Shown here: piece after piece, positions 61,149-64,000 of the stretch
Layout of the letters: each line of letters starts with the position of its first letter
Numbering within the stretch: position 1 is the stretch's first letter
Assembly: GCA_951406725.2 (NCBI GenBank)
Contig: OX597814.1
Coordinates: 173,910,001-173,974,000 of the forward strand
Direction: 5' to 3'
Origin: Octopus vulgaris
Lineage: Eukaryota
Length of the DNA stretch: 64,000 bases
The notes under the pieces: model-generated
Seen by the model: the letters and a program-made list of their open reading frames with translations, nothing else
Databases searched by the model: none
What the model was told of the DNA's origin: nothing
Position numbers and translations under genes: made by a program

Positions 61149-64000
61149 AATTAGTTCATGTGTAAAAAGTTTATAGGCACCCAATGTATAATAAGTGCAT
61201 GTGTGTGAGACAAGGTTGCCTCTTTCTATTACCAGTACAGTCCATCTGACAGGTTTACATATAGTTTATTGACTTAATTTCAATCACAAATCTTGGACTA
61301 ATTTGAGGCCTTGATAAAGGCCACTTGCTCTAGATATCATACAGTGTATTTCAATCGAAGACATCTTGATTGCAATGTGAACTTCTTAATTTTTGATCCA
61401 TGCTGTGCACTCAACACTTGTCTGTGGCAAAAGCAGATTGGCAGATGTTCAGTGCGCAACATCCCTTAGTGTTCTATCTCTTATGAAAACTAAAGAATGT
61501 GTCAAAGAAGATATTTTTTGTAATTGTTTAACCAAATGAACAAAGTAATGCACCTTGCACTGAAGCAAGCACAATAAATACAGTTAAGCTTTGAACTCAA
61601 GACCTTGTGGTGAGCATTGCAGCATGTTAACCTTGCTGCCATCATAACACTGCTTTTGAGACTTGTACCAGTTTCAGTCTTAATGACATAATACTTAGTT
61701 CAACCTATGCATTTTGATGTAATTTTATTGTTTTACTAGTTTCAGTCATTGAACTATGGCTGTGTTTATACTTGTGTGTGTGTGTGCCAGTACCACATAA
61801 AAAAACACCCAGTACACACTGAAAAGTGGTTGGTGTTAGGAAGAGCATCGAGCTGTAGAAACCATACCAAAACAGACAATTGAAGCCTGGGCAGCTCTTC
61901 AACTGGCCAATGCCTGTCAAACCGCTCAAACCATGCCAGCAGGGAAAATGGATGTTAAATGATGATGAACCCATGCAGACATAGAGAAATGAATGCTAAA
62001 CCAAGGCAATGATGATTGGATATTGAAACAGCTGGCATTTTACCAACCATCTGTTTCATATATATTTAATTTAATTTTTTTAATATTAATTAAATATTTT
62101 CATCATGTTTTTAATTTTATCTATTATTCTTTTGGCTTGGGAAATTTGGTTTACTTAACTTGAAAACTACAGGGAATCAGCAACTAGACTTACTGACAAC
62201 TAATTTATTTTTTCTGTGATTAACTAGCTGTGTTAACAGAGGACCTAAATGCCATGCCCAATCTGTCACAGTCCTATTCTATTTAGTGATTCCATTAGTT
62301 CTATTGAGCAATTTACAATAGAATTAGCTGTAATATTTCATTCATAAATTTTAATATGATCAAAGACTCTTCTTATTGCCCCTTCTCTTCTTCTATTACA
62401 AATTTGTTGAATGACTCATAACTATAAAAAAGATTGGCATTAAGACTGCAGTAGACGTTATCACATGTCTAAACAATCAAATCATTTGTTTATTAATTTC
62501 TTTCAAGAATACAAATTATGTGGTGGTGAAGGGGAAGAGCAGGAGCATTTTTGATATTCAAAATTCAGGCCTTTAGTTGACAGTAGGTTTTTTTTTGGAA
62601 AACCAAATTCAAGAAACATTGTTTTTTATGAAAGGTCATCTTTACTAATTACTAAATGGATGCACTTATTATTCTAAATAAGGGAATGAATTGAGAGAAT
62701 TGTTAGAGCTTTGGACAAAGTGCCTTGTGGTATTCATTCTAGATCTTTATATTCTGAGTTCAAATCATGCCAAAGTCAATTTTGTCTTTCATCTTTCCAG
62801 AGTTGATAAAATAAAGTATCATTCAAGTACTGGAGTCTATTTTGACTTACCTCAGCCACTATATTGTTGTGGTTTTGTGCCTCTGTTAGAAATTATTAAT
62901 ATTCTAAATGCAGTGGCTAGGCAAAATTCATAGAGCACCAAACAAATTGCTTTGCTCTATTTAGTTATGTCCCTTTATGTTCTGCATTCAAATTCCAAGT
63001 CTATCATATTGAACATAGCCCTCCTATAGACTTTATTGAACTGATTTTTGCCAAAGCAGTCTACCAATATCTGCCTTTCGTTCTTCTGGTATATATAAAA
63101 TAAGTACAGGTCAAGCATTAGGTCAATATAAATGACTGCCCTCTCCCATCAAAAACAAATTTCCAGCCTTCTATCTACATTAGAAATTATTATTGCAAGG
63201 ATGGCGAATTAGCCAAATCATTGAAGTGTCAGGAAAAATGTGTTGCAATATTTGTCCTGACTCTTACATTCTTAGTTCAAATTCCAACATTGCTGTTTAT
63301 CTTTCCAGGTTTGATGAAAAATTTTAAAATAGTCAAATATTAAGGTCAATTTATATCAGCTTTCCATCTTACATACTAAAAATGTTTGACTTTGTGCTTA
63401 TGTATGAAATTATTGTTGTTATTGCAACATGTCCCATTCATATCCTTTACAAGGTTTTAGTGGTGTAGTTGTAAAACTGTCCCAACTAAGAATTGAAACT
63501 TGGTTGCTGATTTGGCTTACTGACAACTTCAACACTATGCTATGTATAGCATACACCAATTATAAATCATTGAAAGTCTATTGTGGACTGACTGAACTCC
63601 CTGTAGGTAACACCTAAGAATGTTATCTGTTATCTGGTTGTTCTTCCAAAATATAATGATTCCCTTTGATAAGGAATAATGTTTCTATAGATGTTAGTTA
63701 GAAATATTTTGGTTCTCAGCTTCATCTTGTACTATACTAGATTGGAAAATTGAAATACTAAATGGAATAAGAATAAGAAGAAAAAAAATTACTAAGGTCA
63801 CTGTCTTTTCTGACATACTTTGTTAGTTTAAAAAAAATACCAAGGATTTCAGTAACTCAGGTACACCAAAACAACACACTAATTACCATATACTGTGTTT
63901 AATTTCAGAAACAAAATCTAACAATGATTTCTTCCAGCTGTTGTTGCTATTATACAGTAGCAGTACAGTTGTAAAGTAAGTAGTAATTATAGTAGTTAGT

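Overview
AT-rich eukaryotic DNA dense in microsatellites. The repeat content (tRNA-headed SINE families, RTE-clade LINE ends with (GAT)n tails, (TA)n-embedded Penelope-type fragments) points to an octopus/cephalopod genome. That assignment is inferred from repeat families, not from a database search. Only one protein-coding exon is firmly recognisable: 60434-60596 (+), encoding the EVI5/EVI5L Rab-GAP N-terminus (MAS...PEDLELLAKLEEANR). A candidate first coding exon (21940/21967-21982) lies in a CpG-retaining, probably bidirectional promoter region, which implies a ~38 kb intron. Nearly all ORF-track entries are microsatellite or transposon artefacts. The most notable hidden structure is a set of short, often foldback, Penelope-like fragments carrying type I hammerhead ribozyme folds with different core variants, including a natural compensatory G3:C8 core. 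Also present are two SINE/LINE partner pairs, a structured retroposon with no tRNA head, a DD37D (maT) transposase relic and an apparent templated insertion. SINE family letters (A, C, D, E, F, G) are my own labels. Coordinates were read by eye, so repeat ends are approximate.
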